Under the pieces are notes generated by a model, which saw only the letters and a list, made by a program, of their open reading frames with translations, made no database searches and was not told the origin of the DNA. DNA of 59,201 bases, filler included. It is 6 parts of 6 records of this genome, joined end to end, with 100 filler letters (N's around TTAATTAATTAA, not from the genome) between each part and the next. Parts side by side here need not be neighbours in the genome. Positions count along the whole stretch, not along the records: positions 21,027 to 31,392 come from SRR2962707_2465; 5 more parts are not named here. One strand, written 5' to 3'. The position numbers were made by a program, and so were the translations under genes. This document shows, piece after piece, positions 21,027 through 30,649 of this stretch. How positions within the stretch are numbered: position 1 is the stretch's first letter; the number at the start of each line of letters is the position of its first letter.

Positions 21027-22614
21027 CAAGGCCAAGAACGCCCAGGAAGCCCACGAGGCGATCCGTCCCACCGAATTGGGCAAGCACCCCGATACGCTGC
21101 GCAACCTCGACCCCGACCAGCACAAGATTTACCAGCTGATCTGGCGCCGCGCGCTGGCCAGCCAGATGCGCTCGGCGGAAATCGAACGCACCACTGCCGA
21201 TATCGACGTCGTTGCCGCTGGCCGCGCCATCACGCTGCGGGCTACCGGCTCGGTCGTGACTTTTCCGGGCTTTCTCGGTGTCTATGGCATCGAAAAGACC
21301 GACGAGGACGATGAAGAGGGCAAGGACCTTCCGGCGCTCAATGTCGGCGATACCCCGGCCCTCGAAAAGGTCGAGATCGACCAGCACTTCACCCAGCCCC
21401 CTGCCCGCTACACCGAAGCGAGCCTGATCAAGAAAATGGAAGAGCTCGGCATCGGCCGGCCCTCGACCTATGCGGCGACCCTGGGTACCCTCAGGGATCG
21501 CGATTACATCCGCATCGACAAGCGCGCCATCGTCCCCGAGGATCGCGGGCGGCTGGTGACGGCGTTCCTGCAGAGCTTTTTCACCAAGTATGTCGAATAC
21601 GGCTTTACCGCCGGGCTCGAGGAAGAACTCGACGAGATTTCGGCCGGGCAGATCGATTACAAGGAAGTGCTGCGGCGCTTCTGGAAGGATTTTTCCCATC
21701 AGGCCGACGAGATCAAGGATCTTCGGGTTTCCGAAGTCCTCGATGCGCTCAACGACCTTCTGGGCCATCACATCTTCCCCGAACGCCCCGACGGGACCGA
21801 TCCGCGCCTATGCCCGACCTGCGGCACCGGCCAGCTTTCGCTCAAGCTGGGCAAGTATGGCGCGTTTATCGGCTGCTCGAACTATCCCGAATGCCGCCAC
21901 ACCCAGCAACTGGCCGAAAGCGCCACCGGGCAGGCGTCCGAGGCGGCTCAGGGCGATGGCGTGCTGGGCGCCGATCCGGAAACGGGTGCGGAAATCTATC
22001 TCAAGACCGGCCGATTCGGTCCCTATGTGCAGCTTGGCGAAGACGCCAAGGACGCCAAACGCTCTTCCATCCCCAAAGGCTGGGATGCTGGCGCAATGGA
22101 TCTAGAAAAGGCGCTGAAGCTGCTGTCCCTGCCACGCGAAGTTGGTTTGCACCCGGAAGACAGCAAGCCCATTACCGCAGGGATCGGCCGATACGGTCCA
22201 TTCGTGTTGCACGAGAAGACATACGCCAATCTACCTGATGTGGAAGAAGTTTTCACCGTCGGGCTCAACCGCGCCGTTGACCTCATCGCCCAGAAACGGG
22301 CTGGCGGCGGACGCGGGGGCCGCGGCGCGGCCGTCGCGGCGATCCAGACCTTCGAGCACGACGATGGTCCTATCACAGTGCGGGCAGGCCGTTACGGTCC
22401 CTATGTCAACCAGGGCAAGGTGAACGCCACCCTGCCCAAGGATCTGGCGCCCGAAGCCGTTACGCTTGAAAAAGCGCTGGAACTGATCGCCGCCAAGGGC
22501 GGTTCAAAGGCTAAGCCCAAGGCAAAAGCCAAACCCAAGGCAGCAGCGAAAAAGCCAGCGGCAAAGAAGACGGCAACCAAAAAACCCGCAGCCAAGAAGA
22601 AGGCTGAGGCTTAG
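21027..22614 (+). CDS. topA: DNA topoisomerase I, 3' part (5' truncated)
   Basis: KAKNAQEAHEAIRPT, GIGRPSTYA, Zn ribbon CPTC...CSNYPEC, three GR(F/Y)GP repeats and a Lys/Ala-rich tail, typical of alphaproteobacterial TopA. Confidence 0.96.
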
Positions 22615-22637
22615 GGTCCAGACCCCGAAGGATAAAA

Positions 22638-24932
22638 ATGGCCAAACGCACAGGACAAACCCCTTCGGCCCCTGCTCCGCGTAAGGGCCGGCGTTCGGCC
22701 AGTTTTACACCCGGTCAATTGCCGACCCGCGAACAGATTCTCGAAGCGATCGCCGACTTTCCCGAGATCAATTCAAAGCGCGAAATCGCCCGGCATTTCA
22801 ACGTTAAGGGCGATGATCGCGTGCCGCTCAAGGTGCTGCTGCGCGATATGGAAAAAGAGGGTCTTCTGGCCCGCAAGCGCAAGGAATTGCGCCCCGTTGG
22901 CGAATTGCCCGCGGTGACCGTGCTCGACATCCCTGCCGATGCCGACCCCGACAACCTTCATGCTTTCCCGGCCAAGTGGGACGATGACGAGGGCCAAAAG
23001 CCGCGTGTGACGGTATCGGTGAGCAAGGATGCCCGCGTCGTCCCTGCCCCCGGCGACCGTATTCTGGCCCGCATCCAGCGCGATGGCGGCACGGTGCCGA
23101 CCTATACCGCCCGGCCCATGAAGGTGCTCGACAAGCCCCGCAAGGCCGATCTGGGCATCGTGCGCATGGACGATGACGGCGCGCGGCTGGTGCCCATCGA
23201 GCGCAAGGCCCGCGAAATGCGGATTTCTGCAGGAGACCTTGGCGACGCGAAAGACGGCGACCTGGTCGAAGTCGAAGTGACGGTTTCGGGCCGCATGATG
23301 ATCCCGCGCGCCAAGGTGGTGAGCGTTGTGGGCAATCCGCAGTCCGAAGGCGCCGTCAGCCTGATCGCGCTCCATTCGCTCGACATTCCCTACCGGTTCC
23401 CGGCCTCTGTGCTCAAGGAAGCCGAGCAGGCTCAGGAAGCGCCGCTCAAGGGCCGCGAGGACTGGCGCGACATACCGCTGGTCACCATCGACCCAGCCGA
23501 CGCCAAGGACCACGACGACGCCGTCCACGCCGAACCCGACCCCGACCCCAACAATGCGGGAGGGTTCATCATCCGTGTGGGCATCGCCGACGTTTCCTAT
23601 TATGTGAAATCGGGCTCGACCATGGACCGCGAGGCGTTCCTGCGCGGCAATTCGGTGTATTTCCCCGACCGCGTCGTACCGATGCTGCCCGAACGCATTT
23701 CCAACGATCTGTGCTCGCTGCGTGAAGGCGAAAACCGCGCGTCCATGGCGCTGCGCATCGTCATTGACGCCGAGGGCAACAAGAAGAGCCATTCGTTCCA
23801 TCGCGTCATGATGCGCTCGGCGGCCAAGCTGAGCTACCAGCAGGCCCAGGCGGCAATCGACGGGCAGCCCGACGATGTGACCGGCCCATTGCTCGAGCTG
23901 ATCCTCAAGCCGCTATGGGCCGCCTACGCGGCCCTTTCAAAGGCCCGCGACCGGCGTGGCCCGCTGGCGCTCGACCTGCCCGAACGGCGCATCCGGCTCG
24001 ATGCCAACGGCATGGTCGAGGGTGTTTACGTGCCCGAGCGGCTCAATGCTCACAAGCTCATCGAAGAGATGATGATCCTCTCCAACGTCTGCGCCGCCGA
24101 GACGCTGGAAAAGCACAAACTGGGGCTCCTCTATCGCGTCCACGACGCGCCGAGCCGGGAAAAAGTCGTTACGCTTGGTGAATTCCTGAAGTCCCTCGAC
24201 CTTCCGGTGCCGCGCAGCGAGGCGCTGCGGCCCAAGGATTTCAACCAGATCCTCTACCGCGCCGAAAAGGCCGGCAAGAGCCAGCAGGTCAACGAGATGG
24301 TGCTGCGCAGCCAGGCGCAGGCCGAATATGCGCCGGGCAATTACGGCCATTACGGCCTTAATCTCGACCGTTATGCCCATTTCACCTCCCCGATCCGGCG
24401 TTATGCCGATCTGATCGTGCATCGCGCGTTGATCCGGGCGCTCGATCTTGGCGACGACGGGCTGACGGTTGCCGAGGAACAGCGCCTTGGCTCGATCGGC
24501 GAGCACATTTCGGCCACCGAGCGCCGCGCCATGGTGGCCGAGCGCGAAACCTCGGACCGTTTGCTGGCGCAATATCTGGCTGCCCATATCGGCGCCCGGT
24601 TCACCGGCAAGATCGCCGGTCTGGTCGGTGCGGGCCTGTTCGTGCGGCTCGACGAAACCGGGGCCGATGGCTTTGTTCCGGTTTCCTCTCTCGGCCAGGA
24701 TTATTTCCGCCATTTCGAGGACCAGCAGGCGCTGATCGGCGAACGCACCGGCGAGCGGTTCCGAATCGGCGACCGCGTCGAGGTGCGACTGCTTGAAGCA
24801 GCGCCCATGGCTGGTGCGTTGCGGTTTGAAGTTCTATCTGAAGGTGAGCGGGTCAAGCCGCCCGGCCCGACACGCGGTCGCAGAGACCGCAAGGGCAAGC
24901 CGACACCGCGCGGACACCGCGCGAGGAGATAG
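22638..24932 (+). CDS. rnr: Ribonuclease R
   Basis: TIDPADAKDHDDA catalytic motif, HFTSPIRRYADL, C-terminal S1 domain and basic tail. Confidence 0.95.
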   Translation: MAKRTGQTPSAPAPRKGRRSASFTPGQLPTREQILEAIADFPEINSKREIARHFNVKGDDRVPLKVLLRDMEKEGLLARKRKELRPVGELPAVTVLDIPADADPDNLHAFPAKWDDDEGQKPRVTVSVSKDARVVPAPGDRILARIQRDGGTVPTYTARPMKVLDKPRKADLGIVRMDDDGARLVPIERKAREMRISAGDLGDAKDGDLVEVEVTVSGRMMIPRAKVVSVVGNPQSEGAVSLIALHSLDIPYRFPASVLKEAEQAQEAPLKGREDWRDIPLVTIDPADAKDHDDAVHAEPDPDPNNAGGFIIRVGIADVSYYVKSGSTMDREAFLRGNSVYFPDRVVPMLPERISNDLCSLREGENRASMALRIVIDAEGNKKSHSFHRVMMRSAAKLSYQQAQAAIDGQPDDVTGPLLELILKPLWAAYAALSKARDRRGPLALDLPERRIRLDANGMVEGVYVPERLNAHKLIEEMMILSNVCAAETLEKHKLGLLYRVHDAPSREKVVTLGEFLKSLDLPVPRSEALRPKDFNQILYRAEKAGKSQQVNEMVLRSQAQAEYAPGNYGHYGLNLDRYAHFTSPIRRYADLIVHRALIRALDLGDDGLTVAEEQRLGSIGEHISATERRAMVAERETSDRLLAQYLAAHIGARFTGKIAGLVGAGLFVRLDETGADGFVPVSSLGQDYFRHFEDQQALIGERTGERFRIGDRVEVRLLEAAPMAGALRFEVLSEGERVKPPGPTRGRRDRKGKPTPRGHRARR

Positions 24933-24935
24933 CCA

Positions 24936-25364
24936 ATGCCGTATACAGACCTGACGTTGCGTCCGGCCCGGCCCACCTGGCCGGCCATGCTCAATGGCAT
25001 GAAGTGCCGCTGCCCCAATTGCGGCCAGGGAAAGCTGTTTTCGAGCTACCTCAAGGTGGCCGATCAATGCGATGTCTGCGGCACCGAGTTTTTCCATCAC
25101 CGCGCCGACGATGCGCCGCCCTACATCGTGATTACCATCGTGGGCCATCTGGCGGTAGGCGCAGTGCTCCATATGGAGATGAGCTCGACCCCGCTTCCTG
25201 CCCTGACCTATCTCTGGGTGATGATCCCGCTCATCATCATTTCTTCGCTGATCCTGCTGCCCATCACCAAGGGCGCGGTCGTGGGCCTGCAATGGGCGCG
25301 CTATATGCACGGCTTCGATCCGGTCGGCGGGCACGACGAATTCGAGGATGACGAGCGGCGTTGA
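24936..25364 (+). CDS. DUF983-family Zn-ribbon membrane protein
   Basis: CRCPNCGQGKLF...CDVCG...RADDAPPY, two TM helices, KGAVVGLQWA...MHGF. Confidence 0.85.
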   Translation: MPYTDLTLRPARPTWPAMLNGMKCRCPNCGQGKLFSSYLKVADQCDVCGTEFFHHRADDAPPYIVITIVGHLAVGAVLHMEMSSTPLPALTYLWVMIPLIIISSLILLPITKGAVVGLQWARYMHGFDPVGGHDEFEDDERR

Positions 25365-25466
25365 TCCGCTTGACTTTTGGCGCGAAATGCATAGTTTGCG
25401 CCCAACTCATTTCCCGAGCCGTGCGCAAGACCGTCGCGCGGCCTGTTTGTTTCAAAGGCTACCGCG

Positions 25467-25634
25467 ATGGCAAAGTCCAACACGATCAAGATCAAGCTGG
25501 TTTCGACCGCCGACACCGGCTTCTATTACGTCGCCAAGAAGAACACCCGTACAGCGACCGAAAAGCTTTCGTTCCGCAAGTACGATCCGGTTGTTCGCAA
25601 GCACGTCGAATTCAAGGAAGCCAAGATCAAATAA
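25467..25634 (+). CDS. rpmG: 50S ribosomal protein L33 (Cys-free form)
   Basis: Not in ORF track. Manual translation [55 protein letters not shown] (55 aa). Confidence 0.97.
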   Translation: MAKSNTIKIKLVSTADTGFYYVAKKNTRTATEKLSFRKYDPVVRKHVEFKEAKIK

Positions 25635-25658
25635 GCTGATCAAGGCACCTGCCAAATG

Positions 25659-25688
25659 AGAAAACCCCGCCACACGGCGGGGTTTTCT
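25659..25688. terminator. Bidirectional intrinsic terminator
   Basis: AGAAAACCCCGCC-ACAC-GGCGGGGTTTTCT: 13-bp inverted repeat with A/T tracts on both sides, between rpmG and the convergent sRNA/pleD. Confidence 0.9.
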
Positions 25689-25714
25689 GTTGTCTGCACC
25701 AGACGAATTTCTCA

Positions 25715-25864
25715 AGTGGGGGTTGGCTGACCCGGTCCGGTTTGTCGAAGAGGCCACTCTTGTCCGATACCGGGCCAGCCGCCCTACGGATCAGGAGTTG
25801 CGGCGGACCTGAAAGCCGTAGGGTTTTGTACTGAACTGGATCGCGCGAACGCGTCCGCCTCAGT
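25715..25864 (-). ncRNA. ecpR1: EcpR1 (SmelC291)-like small RNA
   Basis: Lies between divK-pleD and rpmG, as in Sinorhizobium. Three stem-loops, the second exposing UCCGCCGCAACU (EcpR1 seed as recalled: UCCGCCGCAUCU). Has its own sigma70-type promoter. The 3' end is uncertain and may extend to the terminator at about 25659. Confidence 0.8.
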
Positions 25865-25870
25865 GCTTGC

Positions 25871-25899
25871 AACCTACTCCTAGCAACGCCGAACGCCAA
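25871..25899 (-). promoter_or_regulatory. Sigma70-type promoter for the sRNA
   Basis: (C)TTGGCG-N17-TAGGTT on the minus strand. The predicted +1 at about 25864 coincides with the first base of stem-loop 1. Confidence 0.65.
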
Positions 25900-25935
25900 G
25901 CATTCCGGGGCCTGGCGGGGCCGGTTTCACTATTA

Positions 25936-25951
25936 ATAATGAAGGGTTAAC
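25936..25951 (+). promoter_or_regulatory. Candidate CtrA box
   Basis: ATAA-TGAAGGG-TTAAC, one mismatch to TTAA-N7-TTAAC, in an AT-rich patch upstream of the sRNA promoter. Confidence 0.5.
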
Positions 25952-25968
25952 CTTACCGGCGGCAGGGA

Positions 25969-27339
25969 TCAGGCCGCGTCGTGCACCACGCGATTGCGCC
26001 CGGAGCGTTTGGCCCGGTAGAGCGCGATATCGGCCCGTTTGATGACCGATTCCGGAGTATCGTTGTCCTGATCGTTCAGCGCCAGCCCTGCGCTGACGGT
26101 GATCTTGAGCGGCTTTTCGGCCCCGACCTGGAACCCCTCGTCGGCAATGGCGCTCCGCACCCGCTCGGCCACACCCTGCGCGGCCCGCATGTCAGTGTCG
26201 GGCATGACCACGACGAACTCCTCGCCGCCAAACCGGCAGGCAAGGTCCACGCCGCGGATGTTGCGCTGCAACCGCGTGGCGAACTCCTTGAGCACCATAT
26301 CGCCGACATCGTGCCCGTAGGTGTCGTTGACCGGCTTGAAATAGTCGATATCGAGCAGCATCAGCGCCATGTCGCGATCCTGCTCCTGCGCCTTGTTGAG
26401 CACCATGGCCATATGCCGCTCGAAATAGCGCCGGTTATAGAGCCCCGTAAGTTCATCGATGACCGCCATGGCCATCGTCGAATTGAGGCTCTCGCGCAAT
26501 TCGACGGTATAGCGCTGACGGCGGATCTGGGTCTTGACCCGCGCCGAAAGCTCGTACCGCTCAATGGGCCGCATGATGAAGTCGTTGACCCCCAGATCGA
26601 GCGCCTTGACGACCTGCGAGCGGTCCCTGTCCTCGGCAACGAGGATGATGGGAATCGAACGGGTCTGATCGACGGTGCGAATCTGCGAACAGATGCGCAG
26701 CGGATCGAAACCTTCGAGCGCCATCGAAACGATGGCGAGCTCGAACTCTCCGCCCGACATCTGGAACACCGCCTCGGACGGGTCGGTCAGGATGGTTACA
26801 GCGTGCGAATTGCGCAGATACGCCTCGATGCGCTCGGCCCGCGACCGCTCGGTGTCGATCACCAGAATGCGGCCGCCATCGACGGCGATACCGAACTCGG
26901 TACGCGCTGTATCTTCCAGCGCCAGCTCGTGACTGGTGCGCGTACGGGCCCGCAACTCGTCGCTCAAACCCTTGAGCCGCACAAGGCTTTTGACCCGCGC
27001 GAGCAGTTGGACGTCATCGACCGGCTTGGTCAGAAAATCGTCGGCGCCGGATTCGAGACCCCGTACGCGGTCGGAGGGCTGGTCGAGCGCCGTGATCATC
27101 ACGATAGGGATATGGGCCGTCACCACGTCGCGCTTGAGGATCTGGCAACAGGTGAACCCGTCCATTTCGGGCATCATCACATCAAGCAGGATGATATCGA
27201 TATCTTGGCTGCGGCAGATTTCGATGGCCTGCGCGCCAGAAGATGCCGTCACCACGTCGAAATACTCAGCGAGCAGGCGCGCTTCGAGCAGTTTCACATT
27301 GGTGGGAATGTCATCAACGATGAGCACTCGTGCAGTCAC
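25969..27339 (-). CDS. pleD: Response regulator diguanylate cyclase PleD
   Basis: REC (LLDVMMPEMDG) + pseudo-REC + GGDEF domain (RGVD I-site, RFGGEEF); downstream of divK. Confidence 0.96.
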   Translation of the reverse strand: MTARVLIVDDIPTNVKLLEARLLAEYFDVVTASSGAQAIEICRSQDIDIILLDVMMPEMDGFTCCQILKRDVVTAHIPIVMITALDQPSDRVRGLESGADDFLTKPVDDVQLLARVKSLVRLKGLSDELRARTRTSHELALEDTARTEFGIAVDGGRILVIDTERSRAERIEAYLRNSHAVTILTDPSEAVFQMSGGEFELAIVSMALEGFDPLRICSQIRTVDQTRSIPIILVAEDRDRSQVVKALDLGVNDFIMRPIERYELSARVKTQIRRQRYTVELRESLNSTMAMAVIDELTGLYNRRYFERHMAMVLNKAQEQDRDMALMLLDIDYFKPVNDTYGHDVGDMVLKEFATRLQRNIRGVDLACRFGGEEFVVVMPDTDMRAAQGVAERVRSAIADEGFQVGAEKPLKITVSAGLALNDQDNDTPESVIKRADIALYRAKRSGRNRVVHDAA

Positions 27340-27381
27340 GGCGCGCGTCCCTTCGGCCCTGAATGAAGAATTGCTTTTTGG

Positions 27382-27756
27382 CTATTCGGCTTTGCCAATA
27401 TAGCCTTCAATCGTTTCCAAAAAGTGAGGCACCGAGATGGGTTTCGAGATATAGCCCTCGCACCCGCCCGAAAGAATGCGCTCCTCGTCACCCTTCATGG
27501 CAAAGGCGGTAACCGCGATCACCGGAATGTGGGCTACGTCGTCGTCTTCCTTGAGCCATTTGGTGACCACCAGCCCCGACACTTCGGGAAGCTGGATGTC
27601 CATAAGGATCAGGTCCGGGCGGTGTTCGCGCGCCAGATCGAGCGCTTCCAGCCCATTGCGGGTCTGAATGGTATCGTACCCGCGAGATTCGAGCAGGTCG
27701 TGAAAGAGCTTCATGTTGAGCTCGTTGTCTTCCACGATCATGACGGTCTTGGCCAT
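27382..27756 (-). CDS. divK: Single-domain cell-cycle response regulator DivK
   Basis: [48 protein letters not shown]. Confidence 0.96.
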   Translation of the reverse strand: MAKTVMIVEDNELNMKLFHDLLESRGYDTIQTRNGLEALDLAREHRPDLILMDIQLPEVSGLVVTKWLKEDDDVAHIPVIAVTAFAMKGDEERILSGGCEGYISKPISVPHFLETIEGYIGKAE

Positions 27757-27854
27757 CTACCCTCGCCCGGCACCGCCAAGGGTGCTTTGAGTTGTCGTTG
27801 CTTTGCGCTAACAGCAATGTGTTACGAAACAAGAAATAAGCTGAGTCTGACGCT

Positions 27855-28130
27855 TTGCGCGATAGGGTCGATACCGAAGAACTTCTGGCCGTTGGCTATG
27901 CCTGCCTCACATGGCTTGCCGCCGACGTCAACGAGCTTGAGCGCTTCATGGCGCTGGCCGGCTTTTCGCCGCAACGTCTGCGGGAATCGGTCGGCACGCG
28001 CGCGCTGGCCGAAGGTCTCGTCGATTATTTCGGGCGCCACGAATCCCTGTTGCTGGCCATGTGTGCCAATGCCGGCCTGGACGTAAACCGCGTCATGGGC
28101 CTCTGGCACGGCCTCAACCCGCAGAGTTGA
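27855..28130 (+). CDS. DUF3572-family protein
   Basis: LTWLAAD...LERFMALAG...LRE...LVDYF...ESLLLA pattern; conserved position between divK and dinB in Alphaproteobacteria. Start uncertain. Confidence 0.75.
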   Translation: MRDRVDTEELLAVGYACLTWLAADVNELERFMALAGFSPQRLRESVGTRALAEGLVDYFGRHESLLLAMCANAGLDVNRVMGLWHGLNPQS

Positions 28131-28134
28131 TGCG

Positions 28135-29463
28135 ATGGCCGCCGGCGGACATCTGTGCCGCGATTGCTTTGCGACCGGGGAAAGCGCCAAAGCCCTGGCC
28201 CGGTGCCCCAAATGCGGCTCGCCCCGCATCCTGCATCACCCCGAACTGTTTTCCCTTTCCATCGCCCATATCGATTGCGACGCCTTTTATGCCTCAGTCG
28301 AAAAACGCGACGACCCGAGCCTGCTCGACAAACCGCTGATCGTCGGCGGAGGCCAGCGCGGCGTGGTCTCCACATGCTGTTACATCGCTCGAATGAGCGG
28401 AATAAAATCGGCAATGCCGATGTTTCAGGCAAAACGCCTCTGCCCGCAGGCGGTCATCATCAAGCCGGATATGGCCAAATATGTCGGCGTCAGCCGGGAA
28501 ATCCGCACGCTGATGGATTCGCTGACCCCGCTCGTCCAGCCGCTTTCCATCGACGAGGCGTTTCTCGATCTCTCCGGCACCGAGAGGGTGCACAAGGCGG
28601 CGCCCGCGGTTTCGCTGGCCAGACTGGCCAAGCGGATCGAGGACGAGATCGGCGTCACCATTTCCGTCGGCCTTAGCCACAACAAGTTCCTTGCCAAGAT
28701 CGCCTCCGAACTCGATAAGCCCCGCGGCTTTGCGATCATCGGCGAGGCCGAGACCGTATCGCTGCTGGCCGAAAAGCCGATCACCGTGATCTTCGGCGTT
28801 GGCAAGGTAATGGCCGAAACCCTGCGCAAGGACGGACTGGTCACCATCGGCCAGCTCCAGCAGCGCGCGCCCGAGGATTTGATGCGCCGCTACGGCGAGA
28901 TGGGTGCAAGGCTGGCCAAGCTGGCGCGCGGCGAGGATTACCGGCGCGTCTCGATAGACCGAGAGACCAAATCGGTGAGCACCGAGACCACGTTCTTCGC
29001 CGATCTCTCCGACTTCGAATCACTCTCGACCGCTCTGCTTTCGTTGTGTGAGCGGCTGTCCGAGAGGCTCAAAAAACAGCAATTGGTGGGTGATACGGTT
29101 ACCGTCAAGCTCAAGACCGCAGGGTTCAAATCCCGCACCCGGGCGCAACACATCATGTTGCCCACCCAGCTTGCCACAACGCTTTATGAAACCGGCGTGA
29201 AACTGCTGGCACGCGAGGTGGATGGCACGGCCTTTCGCCTGCTGGGGATCGGTGTTACCGGTCTTGAGGCGGCCACCGGCATCGATCCGGTCGACCTGAT
29301 CGAACCCGATATCGCCCGCAAGGCGGCCGCCGAACGGGCCATGGACAAGGTGCGCGACAAATATGGCCGCGAGGCCCTGGTGCGCGGCAAACTCTACCGC
29401 CAGTCGAAAACCAGAGAGACCAAACCGGAGAGCGACGATGACGATCGAACAGAAACTCAATGA
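28135..29463 (+). CDS. dinB: DNA polymerase IV with N-terminal Cys4 ribbon
   Basis: AHIDCDAFYASVE, SIDEAFLD, NKFLAKIAS; N-terminal CRDC...CPKC. Confidence 0.95.
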   Translation: MAAGGHLCRDCFATGESAKALARCPKCGSPRILHHPELFSLSIAHIDCDAFYASVEKRDDPSLLDKPLIVGGGQRGVVSTCCYIARMSGIKSAMPMFQAKRLCPQAVIIKPDMAKYVGVSREIRTLMDSLTPLVQPLSIDEAFLDLSGTERVHKAAPAVSLARLAKRIEDEIGVTISVGLSHNKFLAKIASELDKPRGFAIIGEAETVSLLAEKPITVIFGVGKVMAETLRKDGLVTIGQLQQRAPEDLMRRYGEMGARLAKLARGEDYRRVSIDRETKSVSTETTFFADLSDFESLSTALLSLCERLSERLKKQQLVGDTVTVKLKTAGFKSRTRAQHIMLPTQLATTLYETGVKLLAREVDGTAFRLLGIGVTGLEAATGIDPVDLIEPDIARKAAAERAMDKVRDKYGREALVRGKLYRQSKTRETKPESDDDDRTETQ

Positions 29464-29890
29464 TCTGGGCTACACCCTGCCCACACCTGCAACTCCAGCG
29501 GCCAGCTATGTCCCGGTCCGCCAGTCGGGCAAGCTGCTGTTCGTTTCCGGGCAGATTTCCCAAGGGCCTGATGGCATCACCAAGGGGTGCCTGGGCAAGG
29601 ACGTCGACGTAGCAGCCGGACAAAAGGCCGCCGAACTCTGCGCCATAAACATTCTGGCACAGGTCAACACCGTCGTGGCCCTGTCGCAAATCAAGGCTGT
29701 TCAGAAACTGACGGTGCTCGTGGCCTCAACGCCCGATTTCAACGAACAGCATCTCGTGGCCAACGGCGCCTCCGACCTGTTCATAAAACTGTTGGGCGAC
29801 ACCGGTAAGCACGCCCGCGCCGCGTTTGGCGTGGCCTCCCTTCCCCTTGGCGCCGCAGTCGAAATCGACGCCATCATCGAGATCGAATAA
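29438..29890 (+). CDS. RidA/YjgF-family protein
   Basis: PAASYVP, LFVSGQI, HLVANGASDL, GKHARAAFGVASLPLGAAVEID. ATG at 29438 with GGAG RBS. Confidence 0.9.
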   Translation: MTIEQKLNDLGYTLPTPATPAASYVPVRQSGKLLFVSGQISQGPDGITKGCLGKDVDVAAGQKAAELCAINILAQVNTVVALSQIKAVQKLTVLVASTPDFNEQHLVANGASDLFIKLLGDTGKHARAAFGVASLPLGAAVEIDAIIEIE

Positions 29891-30649
29891 ATGACATCAA
29901 ATCCCCCGTTCGCCCGTCCTATCGCCCATCGCGGATTACACGACAGGCAGCGGGGGATCATTGAAAACTCGGCCTCCGCTTTTGCGGCGGCAATCGAGCG
30001 CGGTTTCGGCATCGAGTGCGACCTCCAATTGACCGCCGACGGCGAGGCCGTAGTGTTCCACGATGACGACCTTCCCCGGCTGGTAGGCGGCAGCGGTCGC
30101 GTTCGCTCGGTGCCCGCCAGTGAGTTGACGGCCCTTCCCCTTCTGGGTAGCGCGGCAAGTGATTGCCCCCAGGCCTTTGCGGCCTTCCTCGATCAGATCG
30201 GTGGTCGCGCGCCACTGGTCATCGAGGTCAAAAAGCAGGCAAACGCGACCGATACGACCGAACTGGCCAAGCGCGTCGTTCAAACTCTTGCGAGCTATCA
30301 GGGTCCATTCGTCCTCAAGACCTTCGATCCCCGCATGATCGTCTCGCTACGGCGGCAGGGTTTTCAGGGCCCAATCGGCATCATTACTTATGGCTACGAC
30401 AAGCCCGACTGGTATGGCGACATGCCGGCGCGCACGCGATTTATGTTGCGCCACCTCTTGCACTACCCCTGGACGCGCTTCACATTCATATCGTGCGAAC
30501 AGACGGCGCTGACGCTGCCAGCGGTCCGGTTTTTCCGGGCCATTGGTTTCAAGGTCATGAGTTGGACCGTCCGGTCGTCCGATCAGGCTCAAGCCGCCCG
30601 GCGCAATGCCGACCAGATAGTGTTTGAAGGATTCGATCCCGACGCGTGA
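29891..30649 (+). CDS. Glycerophosphodiester phosphodiesterase family protein
   Basis: IAHRGLH, ENSASAF, IECDLQLTADGEAVVFHD, IEVK, WTVRS. Confidence 0.9.
   Translation: MTSNPPFARPIAHRGLHDRQRGIIENSASAFAAAIERGFGIECDLQLTADGEAVVFHDDDLPRLVGGSGRVRSVPASELTALPLLGSAASDCPQAFAAFLDQIGGRAPLVIEVKKQANATDTTELAKRVVQTLASYQGPFVLKTFDPRMIVSLRRQGFQGPIGIITYGYDKPDWYGDMPARTRFMLRHLLHYPWTRFTFISCEQTALTLPAVRFFRAIGFKVMSWTVRSSDQAQAARRNADQIVFEGFDPDA

Noticed and set aside
22304..22311. GCGGCGGA in topA complementary to the sRNA seed
   Set aside because: An 8-mer in Gly codons deep in a GC-rich CDS is expected by chance.
22480..22614. Low-complexity AAG/GCA repeats
   Set aside because: Encode the normal Lys/Ala-rich TopA tail.
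25791..25815. CAGGTCCG (minus strand) resembling SRP RNA helix 8
   Set aside because: Lacks the GGAA tetraloop and GGAAGCAGC; the EcpR1 interpretation fits sequence and synteny better.
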